Shown here one piece after another: positions 20,883 through 29,353 of a stretch of DNA of 39,374 bases. Made by a program: the position numbers and the translations under genes. Source of the stretch: a virus (taxonomy: Duplodnaviria > Heunggongvirae > Uroviricota > Caudoviricetes). Location: positions 1 through 39,374 of the IMG/VR virus record IMGVR_UViG_2913147268_000006. The stretch is one strand, 5' to 3'. A model generated the notes under the pieces. That model searched no databases. It saw only the letters and a list, made by a program, of their open reading frames with translations, and had not been told where the DNA came from. The first letter of the stretch is position 1, and each line of letters starts with the position of its first letter.

Positions 20883-21350
20883 TTACTTCCGACACTGAGT
20901 GTCAATATATTCCTGTAACGCTCTCAATGATGCTTGATCTCTGATAATTCCGGATCTGATACCGAGAAGGTTTCGTCCAGCAATTGGAGAGAGTTCGACG
21001 GTGGCATCATTGCCCACGCTGGCGGTGCCGGAGGCTTTTGTTGTGGCTGGCACTGGACATCTGCCTTTGACGAGCACCCTACCACCATTATCAAGCTTGC
21101 GCCGAAGAGCATCATTTTCAGCTTTCGCATCAGCTAACTCCTTCGTGTATTTAGCATCAAGTGCATCAGCATCACGCTGGCGCTGCTGCATGTCAGTAAT
21201 GGTGGCGGTCGCCAGCTGCAGCTCACTAACTTTTTTATCGCGCTGGTCTTTATAGGTGATGGCGTTGTCACGGTAATGATTAACAGACCATGACAGGCAG
21301 ACGATGATGCAGATAACCAGAGCGGAGATAATCGCGGTGACTCTGCTCAT
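20883..21350 (-). CDS. Rz-like inner-membrane spanin (i-spanin)
   Basis: 155 aa; N-terminal TM, coiled-coil region; downstream of lysozyme. Confidence 0.8.
   Translation of the reverse strand: MSRVTAIISALVICIIVCLSWSVNHYRDNAITYKDQRDKKVSELQLATATITDMQQRQRDADALDAKYTKELADAKAENDALRRKLDNGGRVLVKGRCPVPATTKASGTASVGNDATVELSPIAGRNLLGIRSGIIRDQASLRALQEYIDTQCRK
20924..21130 (-). CDS. Rz1-like outer-membrane lipoprotein spanin, embedded in Rz in alternate frame
   Basis: 68 aa; lipobox VVGCSS, Pro-rich mature region; fully nested in Rz. Confidence 0.75.
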   Translation of the reverse strand: MRKLKMMLFGASLIMVVGCSSKADVQCQPQQKPPAPPAWAMMPPSNSLQLLDETFSVSDPELSEIKHH

Positions 21351-21823
21351 GCCTCCATCTCTCTGACCGTTCCGCCAGCTTCTTTAAATTTTGCAATCAG
21401 GCTGTCAGCCTTATGCTCGAACTGACCGTAACCAGCCCCCGGCAGTGAAGCCCAGATATTGCTGCAACGGTCGATAGCCTGACGAATATCACCGCGATCA
21501 ATCATCGGTAAAGCGCCACGCTCTTTAATCTGCTGCAATGCCACTGCGTCCTGGCTTTTGGGGGAGAAGTCTTTCAAACCAAGCTGTTTACGGTAAGCAT
21601 CCCACCAGCGTGAAAGAAGCTGATAACGCCCGGCGGCTGTTGATTTGAGTTTGGGGTTTAGCGTGACAAGTTTGCGAGGGTGATCGGAGTAATCAGTAAA
21701 TAGCTCTCCGCCTACAATGACGTCATAACCATGATTTCTGGTTTTCTGCCGTCCGTTATCCGTTCCTTCTGACCATGCCACCATATCGAGGAAAGCTTTA
21801 CGCTGGGAATTTAGTATCTGCAT
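21347..21823 (-). CDS. Phage lysozyme (endolysin, T4/lambdoid R-type)
   Basis: 158 aa; [10 protein letters not shown] catalytic region motif. Confidence 0.9.
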   Translation of the reverse strand: MQILNSQRKAFLDMVAWSEGTDNGRQKTRNHGYDVIVGGELFTDYSDHPRKLVTLNPKLKSTAAGRYQLLSRWWDAYRKQLGLKDFSPKSQDAVALQQIKERGALPMIDRGDIRQAIDRCSNIWASLPGAGYGQFEHKADSLIAKFKEAGGTVREMEA

Positions 21824-21826
21824 AAA

Positions 21827-22162
21827 TTACTCCTTAGAGCCACTAAACTTATTACCGATTACTCGCATTGCAGCTCCACGAATGGCATCAACACCGATCA
21901 GCCCAACGCCACCACCAATGGCAACAGAAAGCGATTTAGGCCATCCGACATACTCAAGCGCGGATGCAAAAGTCAGCGTCAGAGCACCACAGAGCAAAAT
22001 CTCGAGCGTTTTTCGCTTCCAGCCACCACCTCCGCCAAAATAGGCGATACGCAAACCAGCCATAACGATCGACATAATCACTGCCCCCAGCGGGGTGTCT
22101 CCACGCCACCAGCTCTGGAACAACTCCAGCCAGTCCGGCCAAGTATTTGGGTTATGAGGCAT
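21827..22162 (-). CDS. Holin (three predicted TM segments)
   Basis: 111 aa; hydrophobic segments; immediately upstream of endolysin. Confidence 0.7.
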   Translation of the reverse strand: MPHNPNTWPDWLELFQSWWRGDTPLGAVIMSIVMAGLRIAYFGGGGGWKRKTLEILLCGALTLTFASALEYVGWPKSLSVAIGGGVGLIGVDAIRGAAMRVIGNKFSGSKE

Positions 22163-22207
22163 TTGTAGTTATCTCTCACCTGCGATTATTTGCGGGTGCT
22201 GTGTTGG

Positions 22208-22234
22208 AAATAAAAAGGCCACCCGAAGGCAGCC
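22208..22234 (-). terminator. Intrinsic terminator downstream of cargo ATPase
   Basis: Minus-strand hairpin ggctgcc-UUCG-ggtggcc followed by UUUUUAUUU. Confidence 0.5.
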
Positions 22235-22258
22235 TGATTTAATTATTCACATTAATCG

Positions 22259-23650
22259 TCACTTAATAGGATTTGGTTTTATGTCGTCAAGCCAGTCGTT
22301 ATCACCTCTTAGCTTGGCTACTCGTCCTTCAACATTAGTTAACGGTTTATAAGCAGAGTATTTGCCTATAGCCCTAGCAGAATGCTCTCCAGCAACACGA
22401 TAATTTTGGAAGTCCAACTCAAGTCCATGCTGCTCCGCTCTCATTCGAATATAACCACGAAGCATGTTTTCTCTAAATCGAAACCAAGATGGACGATTCC
22501 CTAAAGCAGGGATGATGATGCATCCAAATGTCGGTTTCTTCAATGCATTGAACTTTCGCTCAAACGTGGATTTATCTAAAGGTGTTACATCAAGCGATTT
22601 GCAAATTTTAACGTACGATTCTGATATATGAGTCTTATGTCTGGTCAAATCAGCCATATCGGACATAGCCCAAAGAATATGCTTATATGACTCATCACGT
22701 CCCTCTGTTGCATCCGTGTAACTTTGCCTTAAAGTTTCCGAGACTGAATCAATTGCATCATTTAACCCTTTAATGAAAAGGTTGTAATCAACAGAGCTGT
22801 ATTCACGTATTGAGCTTTGACATGTTAAAAGGATTTTTTCACAAATAAGATGAATGTAGTTCGGGAACCCGTCACTAAGACCCGCAATTTTATAGCGGAC
22901 AGAATCATCGACAGTCAGGCCAAACTCATCGAAAGCATTATCAATTATTTGAAAACGACCATTCCATGGTAAACTATCGAGATGTACCTGATGTATTTGT
23001 CGCTCACTTGATTTATGCCCTCCGATTAAAGTAACGAGAGAATCACCAATCCCCGTAAAAATTAATTTTACTTCACACGCCTGATCACCAAGTTGTTTAA
23101 TGAGTGATCCAAACTTTTGTCGTTCTTCATCAGAGTCAATTTGGTCAAACTCATCGATAACTATATAAGGAATCTTTGAGTGAACTTTAGTTAAAAATTG
23201 CAACGCCCGAACGGCTGCAGAAACTGAGTCAATTTTCAGTTCTGGATAATTATATTTTTGATTTTGACCAGCATTGATACCACCAATTCCAGCCACATTT
23301 AAGCCAAAGCTCCATCCCTGTGTATCGATTTTCTTATCCTGAGGTGTGCCTCGCAAAATAATGTCATTCATGACACTTGAAAAAGTGGATTCTTTCTCGC
23401 AGCCAACCAAAATAGGTTCAGCATCTTCCTGCAGCTTAAAAGCAACAGTTTGCGCTAAGGATGTCTTTCCTACTCCGCGATCACCATAAATGAAAGCATG
23501 CCGACCTGTAGCATAAAGCGCCAATTCGAGATCGGTTACATGTTTTTCACGTCCAAATAACAGTTCCATAGAAACAACTGGACCCGTTGGTCGCAAAACT
23601 TTATGCAGTTTATGCATAAAGTCTCGCAAAGAAAGACCTCCACAGAGCAT
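22259..23650 (-). CDS. P-loop ATPase (AAA-like) with uncharacterised C-terminal domain; cargo gene between Q and holin
   Basis: 463 aa; Walker A GDRGVGKTS, Walker B YIVIDEFD; AGGAGA SD 8-9 nt before ATG; AT-rich. Confidence 0.7.
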   Translation of the reverse strand: MLCGGLSLRDFMHKLHKVLRPTGPVVSMELLFGREKHVTDLELALYATGRHAFIYGDRGVGKTSLAQTVAFKLQEDAEPILVGCEKESTFSSVMNDIILRGTPQDKKIDTQGWSFGLNVAGIGGINAGQNQKYNYPELKIDSVSAAVRALQFLTKVHSKIPYIVIDEFDQIDSDEERQKFGSLIKQLGDQACEVKLIFTGIGDSLVTLIGGHKSSERQIHQVHLDSLPWNGRFQIIDNAFDEFGLTVDDSVRYKIAGLSDGFPNYIHLICEKILLTCQSSIREYSSVDYNLFIKGLNDAIDSVSETLRQSYTDATEGRDESYKHILWAMSDMADLTRHKTHISESYVKICKSLDVTPLDKSTFERKFNALKKPTFGCIIIPALGNRPSWFRFRENMLRGYIRMRAEQHGLELDFQNYRVAGEHSARAIGKYSAYKPLTNVEGRVAKLRGDNDWLDDIKPNPIK

Positions 23651-23659
23651 TTTTATTCT

Positions 23660-23700
23660 CCTGCATTTTTTTCGAAAACTATAACATCATTCTTTTTGGC
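23660..23700 (-). promoter_or_regulatory. Putative promoter (extended -10 TGtTATAGT) upstream of ATPase; could equally be the late promoter pR'
   Basis: Extended -10 near 23678-23692 on minus strand; -35-like TTGCCA is spaced too closely (13 nt) to count. Confidence 0.3.
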
Positions 23701-23717
23701 AAGCCTTTCCTAAACGC

Positions 23718-23745
23718 AAAAACCCGCACAATGGCGGGTTCTTAC
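23718..23745 (-). terminator. Intrinsic terminator downstream of Q
   Basis: Minus-strand hairpin aacccgc-cattgt-gcgggtt followed by UUUGCGUUU. Confidence 0.5.
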
Positions 23746-23789
23746 TATTATGTTGCTCAGTTCGCTTTTCGTCCCGAGCTTATCACAAT

Positions 23790-24368
23790 TCAAGCACTTT
23801 CTTGCTCACTTTGCAATTTAAATCTGTCGCTATTTGTGCCAAACGCATCACATAGTGGAGCGTACAGGAGCGATTCGGCCAAACTTATCCATGTGTCAAC
23901 TCGGCGGCGACAGGTAATGAGCGCCCAGTCAGGATGTTTAATATGAAGCTCATTGGCCATTTGCAACTTGCTCTTACGCAGACAATACCGGCCAACAATC
24001 ACACCGTATAGAGAACGGTAATCATTATTCATCAGCACCGAGGCGATCACACCGTCAATCTTCAGGCCTTCATCGTCCGAGCAAAACGCCAGACTACTTT
24101 TGTTTTTACTGTTGAGTATTTCGCGCAAATAAGCTTCGAGCTCTGGTTTCGTAATGCCTGACTTTTTCATACGGCGCAGCGCATCGTTGATTGCAGTTTT
24201 GGTAATTTTGCTGGATACAAGCAGTTGGTTAAACATGTTACCGCTAGTCCCTCCACTGATATAAGACCAACGCCCCCACATGCGGAGCTTCCCCTGAACC
24301 CAGATACTTTCCAGAGTACGAAGACGAACCATTTCACCCGTTTTGCCAATTTCAGAAGGATTAATCAT
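23790..24368 (-). CDS. Late-gene antitermination protein Q-like
   Basis: 192 aa; pattern resembles Q family of phage 82 / QuuD type; located directly upstream of lysis region and downstream of DUF968 gene. Confidence 0.6.
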   Translation of the reverse strand: MINPSEIGKTGEMVRLRTLESIWVQGKLRMWGRWSYISGGTSGNMFNQLLVSSKITKTAINDALRRMKKSGITKPELEAYLREILNSKNKSSLAFCSDDEGLKIDGVIASVLMNNDYRSLYGVIVGRYCLRKSKLQMANELHIKHPDWALITCRRRVDTWISLAESLLYAPLCDAFGTNSDRFKLQSEQESA

Positions 24369-24382
24369 TTAGAGTTCTCCAC

Positions 24383-25375
24383 TTACGCCAGCACGCCAAT
24401 TGCCAGCGCACGATCAATAAAACGAAATATCAGCTCCAACTGGGAGCCATACTTCTCTTCAAATACCACGGTATCCGCATGCAGCTCGTCGTGATGCTTT
24501 CTGCACAAAGGCAACACAAAGAGGTCATGCGCTTTTGTACCCATTCCACCCTGACCGTGACCTATCAGGTGGTGGGCATCATCAGCAGGCTTTCCACAAC
24601 ATGCGCACGGCTGCGTCTTAACCCAGCGCGTGTACTTTTCATTAACCCAGCGGCGACGTTTTGGGCGTAACATAAAAGACTCCGGCGACTCCGGATCCAC
24701 TTTCAGTACCAGCACCTTTTTCGCTTTATCCTGGATGATGCTGGTGGCAGGAACTGAAGGCACAAGGTCACTTTCCCGGGTGACAGATGGCACAACAGGC
24801 TTCGGTAATCTCAGTGCCTTACGGGCTGCACTTTCCGGTAAGGCATCCGCCAGGTCATTACGAATCAGCCACCAGCACAGTTCCGGCATTGTCACAACGT
24901 GACTATCATCAAAACCGAGATCCCGACGCACAACAGACAACACCCAGCGGGCACAGTTATCCGTTGCCATTGATTCCAGCCGTTCCGTGAACTGATCGCG
25001 CAGCTGGTTATCGCAGTGCCAGCACAACACCATTGCGCCGGCACCATAACGGTGAATGACGGTTTCACTGTGGTGATAATCGCCGTGCGGCCACTGGCAG
25101 GATTTAACATGGCGCAGTAACCAGTCAGACAATGCGCCAGCGCCACCAGCAGCACGAATCACTCGTTCGTCGCTGAAAAATGGCAGTAATGATTTATCCT
25201 CCGCCAGCGGCTGGCGAACGGCAGGAACGACCCCGGACGGCAGATTACGCATGCTTTTCGGTTCCGGCTCCACCAGTACCCGGGTATTGTGGAATACCGG
25301 CATGGATTCACGGCCCGGCTTAACGATCACCAGCCCGAGTTCCGGTACCAGAACAGGTCGAAGTAATACCCGCAC
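24383..25375 (-). CDS. DUF968 protein (YdfU-like, HNH-like Cys/His motif)
   Basis: 330 aa; CACCGKPADDAHHLIGHGQGG motif; conserved partner upstream of Q in Qin-type prophages. Confidence 0.8.
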   Translation of the reverse strand: MRVLLRPVLVPELGLVIVKPGRESMPVFHNTRVLVEPEPKSMRNLPSGVVPAVRQPLAEDKSLLPFFSDERVIRAAGGAGALSDWLLRHVKSCQWPHGDYHHSETVIHRYGAGAMVLCWHCDNQLRDQFTERLESMATDNCARWVLSVVRRDLGFDDSHVVTMPELCWWLIRNDLADALPESAARKALRLPKPVVPSVTRESDLVPSVPATSIIQDKAKKVLVLKVDPESPESFMLRPKRRRWVNEKYTRWVKTQPCACCGKPADDAHHLIGHGQGGMGTKAHDLFVLPLCRKHHDELHADTVVFEEKYGSQLELIFRFIDRALAIGVLA

Positions 25376-25376
25376 G

Positions 25377-25655
25377 TTACCTCCAGATGCGTTGCTGGAA
25401 TGTGCGGGACAGACGCGGTGGGCGTTCGGAGTAAGGAAGCCTGACGGAGATTATCCAGTGACGGTAGTCGAGGCTAAGGGCTTTTTTAACCTCGCATCCG
25501 CGCCTGCGGTAACACTGAATGAGCCATTCGGCCTGTTCTTCAGTGCATGGGGGATGCTGGTACCAGTCTGACTTAAATGCGTGAGAATACCGCTCGTGCG
25601 TGTGGGCAAGAACGGTCGAATTATCATGTTTGTAATATTTTGCGTTGCGTGCCAT
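25377..25655 (-). CDS. Hypothetical phage protein (nin-like region)
   Basis: 92 aa ORF, stop adjacent to DUF968 start. Confidence 0.45.
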   Translation of the reverse strand: MARNAKYYKHDNSTVLAHTHERYSHAFKSDWYQHPPCTEEQAEWLIQCYRRRGCEVKKALSLDYRHWIISVRLPYSERPPRLSRTFQQRIWR

Positions 25656-25721
25656 CGGTTTTCTCCGGTGGCACGGTGTTACTCAGCGGGAGTTCAGCCC
25701 CGCGCAAGATTGTAGATGAGT

Positions 25722-25973
25722 TTATTCTTCTGAAAAAGCAGAAAACCCAGCTTTTATTCCGATCTCTTTCAATACCTGTAATGAAGTGACAAACTCACCG
25801 TCGCGCAAGATAAATCCGTCCGTCACTCGGGCATCCACAAAATTAATTAACGCAGCCCCATTTTTTTGCAAACACACAATGCGGTAATGACTAACAATAT
25901 TTCCATTTTCAACGCACACAGCATAGAGGCCATCTTCACAAAAAATTTTACGCAGTTCTTCGATGTTCATCAT
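25722..25973 (-). CDS. Rem-like small protein of Qin-type prophages
   Basis: 83 aa; same size and position (between ydfU and hokD) as K-12 rem, from memory. Confidence 0.5.
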   Translation of the reverse strand: MMNIEELRKIFCEDGLYAVCVENGNIVSHYRIVCLQKNGAALINFVDARVTDGFILRDGEFVTSLQVLKEIGIKAGFSAFSEE

Positions 25974-26093
25974 CAGAATCCTTCCGGATAATTAGCTCTC
26001 CCCTTTAAGGGACCATCCCTCTTATCCCTGCGCGCTACTTAAGTATTTTTGATTCTATTCCGGCACCGTCCAGAACTTCAAACGCGTTGAAAA

Positions 26094-26121
26094 TAAAAAC
26101 AAAAACCCGCCGAAGCGGGTT
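26094..26121 (-). terminator. Intrinsic terminator at 3' end of hok mRNA
   Basis: Minus-strand hairpin acccgcttcggcgggt followed by UUUUUGUUUUU. Confidence 0.55.
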
Positions 26122-26189
26122 AAGTGCGGGTGCGTTGAGGATGCCTGCCACATCAGAGGTGGCGAGGGATTTATCCCTCGCCGGGTCTC

Positions 26190-26345
26190 TTACTCCTCAG
26201 GTTCGTAAGCTGTGAAGACAGCGACCTCCGTCTGGCCGGTTCGGATTCGTACCTCGCAGAGGTCTTTCCTCGTTACCAGTGCCGTCACTATGACGGTTAA
26301 ACAGATGACGATCAGGGCGATTAACATCGCCTTTTGCTGCTTCAT
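26190..26345 (-). CDS. hokD: Hok family type I toxin (HokD/RelF-like)
   Basis: Hand translation gives MKQQKAMLIALIVICLTVIVTALVTRKDLCEVRIRTGQTEVAVFTAYEPEE (51 aa), which I recognise as HokD; below track threshold. Confidence 0.85.
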   Translation of the reverse strand: MKQQKAMLIALIVICLTVIVTALVTRKDLCEVRIRTGQTEVAVFTAYEPEE

Positions 26346-26530
26346 AGCCTGCTTCTCCTTGACCTTTCGGTCCGTAAGAGGCTAATCTCTATGTGTCGCA
26401 TAGATATGGCCTCAGATTAATGTTAAGCGTCTTGCAGGACGCGTAATGTTAACTGGGGCTTTTCTCTATCTGCCTTTTGGTGTTCATGCCTGAGACAGAT
26501 AGCCTCAAGCACCCGCAGTTATTCTACTTA
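26346..26530. promoter_or_regulatory. hok mRNA leader with expected antisense Sok region and short mok-like frame
   Basis: Leader shows the conserved GCUUGAGGCU...CUCA and GAUAGCCUCUUAC...CAAGGAGAAG elements of hok mRNAs; the only upstream ATG-initiated frame stops after about 12 codons. Confidence 0.4.
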
Positions 26531-26603
26531 ACTAAGATTTCCCCGCAAACCGTTTTTGTCCGGCACAGTAAATATCCAACTAAACCAATGGCGTTCGCTG
26601 TAT

Positions 26604-26822
26604 TTACCGCCAGTATTCAATGCACATGACCGCCATGAACACCCCTAAAAAAAGGGCATTTATATGTCCAAACATTAATATCAAAACATCAATTTTTTCC
26701 ATATACCTTGCTGTGAAGATGATGGGCATACATGATGCGAACAACCAGAACGCAACAAACAAAAACTGCAATGCGTTTTTCATTATTCCCCCTACAATCA
26801 ATGTGCAATAACATTTAAACAC
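26604..26822 (-). CDS. Small hydrophobic membrane protein
   Basis: 72 aa, two predicted TM segments; AT-rich. Confidence 0.4.
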   Translation of the reverse strand: MFKCYCTLIVGGIMKNALQFLFVAFWLFASCMPIIFTARYMEKIDVLILMFGHINALFLGVFMAVMCIEYWR

Positions 26823-26903
26823 ACCTCAATTTGGCCGGACATATAAATATCTAAACCAGAAAAAATCACTTACATAGCGTTACAAACTCTTTAGTCTAAA
26901 TAT

Positions 26904-27419
26904 TCATCGTAAAACATCCTCCACGCTTATCAGTCCATTTCGTTTCAGGTAATCCATCGCCTTCTCCGGTAATTTGCAGTCCGGCTGAGCTTTTTTCAGT
27001 TGACTGACCAGTCGTTTAACCCACATTGTTAATTCGCTAACCTGATTGCCGGATGCTGGTGGATTGTCGGCTTTACCCAGAATGGCAGCGCAGCAGGCCT
27101 CTCTGAGCACCCAGTCAACAGCATCCTTCCATGCTCCTGTTTCGACTGGCGGATTCTCACGCTTTACCTGTTCATAAAAGCGCACGGCTTTAACCAGTCC
27201 TTCTGATGTCACCGGGACTGGCGGGCCGATGAATAAGGCCTGAATTTCATAGTTCGGCCTGTCGTTACAATCCTCTTTTGTCGGTACATATTTCCAGTCA
27301 CCAGCCCACGGCTTCCCCTGAAAGTCTGTAACGTCTTTTTTCACGTAGCGATATCGCCATGCAACTGGTTTTGCCTGCCCTGCCGTTTCATGCCCTTCCT
27401 GATAATTAATCTCGCTCAT
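26904..27419 (-). CDS. Hypothetical phage protein
   Basis: 171 aa ORF with overlapping start/stop with upstream small gene. Confidence 0.55.
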   Translation of the reverse strand: MSEINYQEGHETAGQAKPVAWRYRYVKKDVTDFQGKPWAGDWKYVPTKEDCNDRPNYEIQALFIGPPVPVTSEGLVKAVRFYEQVKRENPPVETGAWKDAVDWVLREACCAAILGKADNPPASGNQVSELTMWVKRLVSQLKKAQPDCKLPEKAMDYLKRNGLISVEDVLR

Positions 27420-27592
27420 TCATCGCCCCACTCATCACAATATGCTTCGACCGGAGTTTTTCCTGCTTCATAATCATCACGCCATGCTTCAGCATCAGCA
27501 GCACTGCCACCACGTAACTCTGCATAGTCCATTAACAGTTCATGCCATGCTTCAAAACTGACGTTGTATTTAGTTGAACCAAAATCAGCCAT
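27416..27592 (-). CDS. Small acidic protein (58 aa)
   Basis: Hand translation MADFGSTKYNVSFEAWHELLMDYAELRGGSAADAEAWRDDYEAGKTPVEAYCDEWGDE; ATGA overlap with downstream gene. Confidence 0.4.
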   Translation of the reverse strand: MADFGSTKYNVSFEAWHELLMDYAELRGGSAADAEAWRDDYEAGKTPVEAYCDEWGDE

Positions 27593-27767
27593 TTTGCTCT
27601 TCCTCTTCGTCTTTTATTTCGTGATATGAGTAATTGCAGTAGTTAAAGAAAATATCTTTTGCTTCGTCATGTATTTCATCAGGCGTCGCATCATCATCCA
27701 CTTCGAATTCATTCTCGAAATCTCCACCGGCTATTCCCGTTTCAATAATTATTTTAAACTTTCGCAT
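27585..27767 (-). CDS. Small highly acidic protein (60 aa)
   Basis: Track ORF; D/E-rich (EEEEQ C-terminus). Confidence 0.45.
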   Translation of the reverse strand: MRKFKIIIETGIAGGDFENEFEVDDDATPDEIHDEAKDIFFNYCNYSYHEIKDEEEEQNG

Positions 27768-27860
27768 TTAACTACCGCCCTTTCGGGCGGCCTCCTGATG
27801 TTCTGAGGGTGCAGAAATCCCTCCGGTTAAGGATTAAATTTTTAACAGAGCTAAATTTAA

Positions 27861-28217
27861 TTATTCAGTTCTGGATTTTGTCGCCCTGCGTATCCGCGCT
27901 TTCGCGTTACGCTCAATCTGAATTAGCTTTTCTATATTTTTTCGCCTTTCCCGCTCCTCCTGGCGCAAGTGCCTTACATCATCTGCCAGTCTGGTTTCTC
28001 TTTTCGCCACAGAGAGCATCCAGTCAAATGGCTCCACAACTGCACCGCAGATTTTACAGCGGACCTGACGCTCTTTTTCGTCAACCCGGACAGAGGCGTG
28101 ATGACAATATGGTCTTTCCGATGGCTCATAAAGAAAATTAACCTGATTACGAGGGTCATCCTCTTTTACCGGAAATAAAACGATATTGCTTAACTCATCC
28201 TCTGGTTTTATTTCCAT
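27861..28217 (-). CDS. Zinc-ribbon-containing hypothetical protein
   Basis: 118 aa; CHH...CKIC motif and basic C-terminus. Confidence 0.5.
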   Translation of the reverse strand: MEIKPEDELSNIVLFPVKEDDPRNQVNFLYEPSERPYCHHASVRVDEKERQVRCKICGAVVEPFDWMLSVAKRETRLADDVRHLRQEERERRKNIEKLIQIERNAKARIRRATKSRTE

Positions 28218-28656
28218 GCTCCTCTCCTTTGATGCGAATGCCAGAGACGCGTAATGCGTGTTCTAGGTCAATCAGGTAAAGCCAACTGCCATTTTCTTTA
28301 GGTATCATGACATGTCGCTCATCTGCATTTATCGGGTGTCCATATCGAAGGTCGTAGCGAGTCGGTAATTGAACTTCCCGCGCTTCCAGTTCAGCAATAC
28401 GCTTGCTCCCATCAGAGATAACGCCTTCGTAATACTCACGCTGCTCTTTGAGTTGTGATTTTGCTTCTTCCAGTCCATCCAGCAAATCAGCGATAATATC
28501 CGCTTCCCGATGACGGATGTGACGCTTAAACGCAGCAAGAGCCGCATCACAATCCCGTTCAGCATTTGGGCTGTCCGGGATAGCCTGATACCACGCCAGC
28601 GTCGACTGATAGTTTTGTGCTGCCTCACGAAGCGCCTCATAGTTAACCTCTCTCAT
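28195..28656 (-). CDS. Hypothetical phage protein
   Basis: 153 aa ORF in nin-like block. Confidence 0.5.
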   Translation of the reverse strand: MREVNYEALREAAQNYQSTLAWYQAIPDSPNAERDCDAALAAFKRHIRHREADIIADLLDGLEEAKSQLKEQREYYEGVISDGSKRIAELEAREVQLPTRYDLRYGHPINADERHVMIPKENGSWLYLIDLEHALRVSGIRIKGEEHGNKTRG

Positions 28657-29018
28657 TGAGCCACCTCCTGATAAATCACTGCATGCCCCAGTTTCTCCGC
28701 CAGTGCCAGCTCTGCCTTAGCGCCCGCTGACCGCTGCCAGCCATTCAGCATGTAAATCGCATCCACACAACGAATCATTGCCATGCAAATATCCATGTAG
28801 TGCGGCTGTGTCAGCCCGTCCGGAAGTACTGCCGGGTTTAAGACGGTATGCCCTTCCCGTTTCAGTTCCTCTTCCGCCTTGTGAAACGCCTCACGGTTGA
28901 AATTTTCATATCCCGTCATTGGACCGGCAATATAAACTCTGACCCTCACTCCATCACCTCCTGAAAGTTTCCCCGATAGAACGCCAGCACACGCTGCATA
29001 ACTTCGCTCTGGCGGCAC
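28653..29018 (-). CDS. DUF4406-like protein (nucleoside 2-deoxyribosyltransferase-like fold)
   Basis: YIAGPMTG...VLNP motif; true start probably internal (overlap with upstream ORF). Confidence 0.65.
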   Translation of the reverse strand: MPPERSYAACAGVLSGKLSGGDGVRVRVYIAGPMTGYENFNREAFHKAEEELKREGHTVLNPAVLPDGLTQPHYMDICMAMIRCVDAIYMLNGWQRSAGAKAELALAEKLGHAVIYQEVAQ

Positions 29019-29353
29019 TCACGACAAATTATGTTCTGCCGTCTGTTGTAACGACGTATTTCTCCGTCAGGTAACTTTCGAATCAGTGTCGGGTCAGCAG
29101 CCTTCTCCGGTGTCTTACGCCATACGCGATACGCCTGCTCTGATGGAAATACCCCGCAACCAGAGAGCCAGACATCACCACTGGCCGCAAGCGCACCAGA
29201 TAAACGACGAATAGCGGTCTTACTGACACCCGTTTTATCTGCCAGTTGTCGAAAAGTTTCTCGTCCGCTCAGGCGCACGAATTCCACAATGCGCGCCTTC
29301 ACTTCTTCCCGCTCTTCTGGTGTAAATACTTTTGCCATAAGCGTCTCCGGCAA
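28946..29353 (-). CDS. Helix-turn-helix DNA-binding protein
   Basis: 135 aa; FRQLADKTGVSKTAIRRL HTH-like segment; about 70-nt overlap with next ORF makes boundaries uncertain. Confidence 0.45.
   Translation of the reverse strand: MPETLMAKVFTPEEREEVKARIVEFVRLSGRETFRQLADKTGVSKTAIRRLSGALAASGDVWLSGCGVFPSEQAYRVWRKTPEKAADPTLIRKLPDGEIRRYNRRQNIICRECRQSEVMQRVLAFYRGNFQEVME

Noticed and set aside
19747-23650. Possible Septu-like pairing of the P-loop ATPase with the HNH endonuclease
   Set aside because: HNH gene is separated by the whole lysis cassette and sits in the canonical terminase-associated position of HK97-like phages.
26346-26520. Full-length mok reading frame overlapping hok
   Set aside because: The upstream ATG-initiated frame hits a stop after about 12 codons by hand translation; only a truncated mok-like frame is supported.
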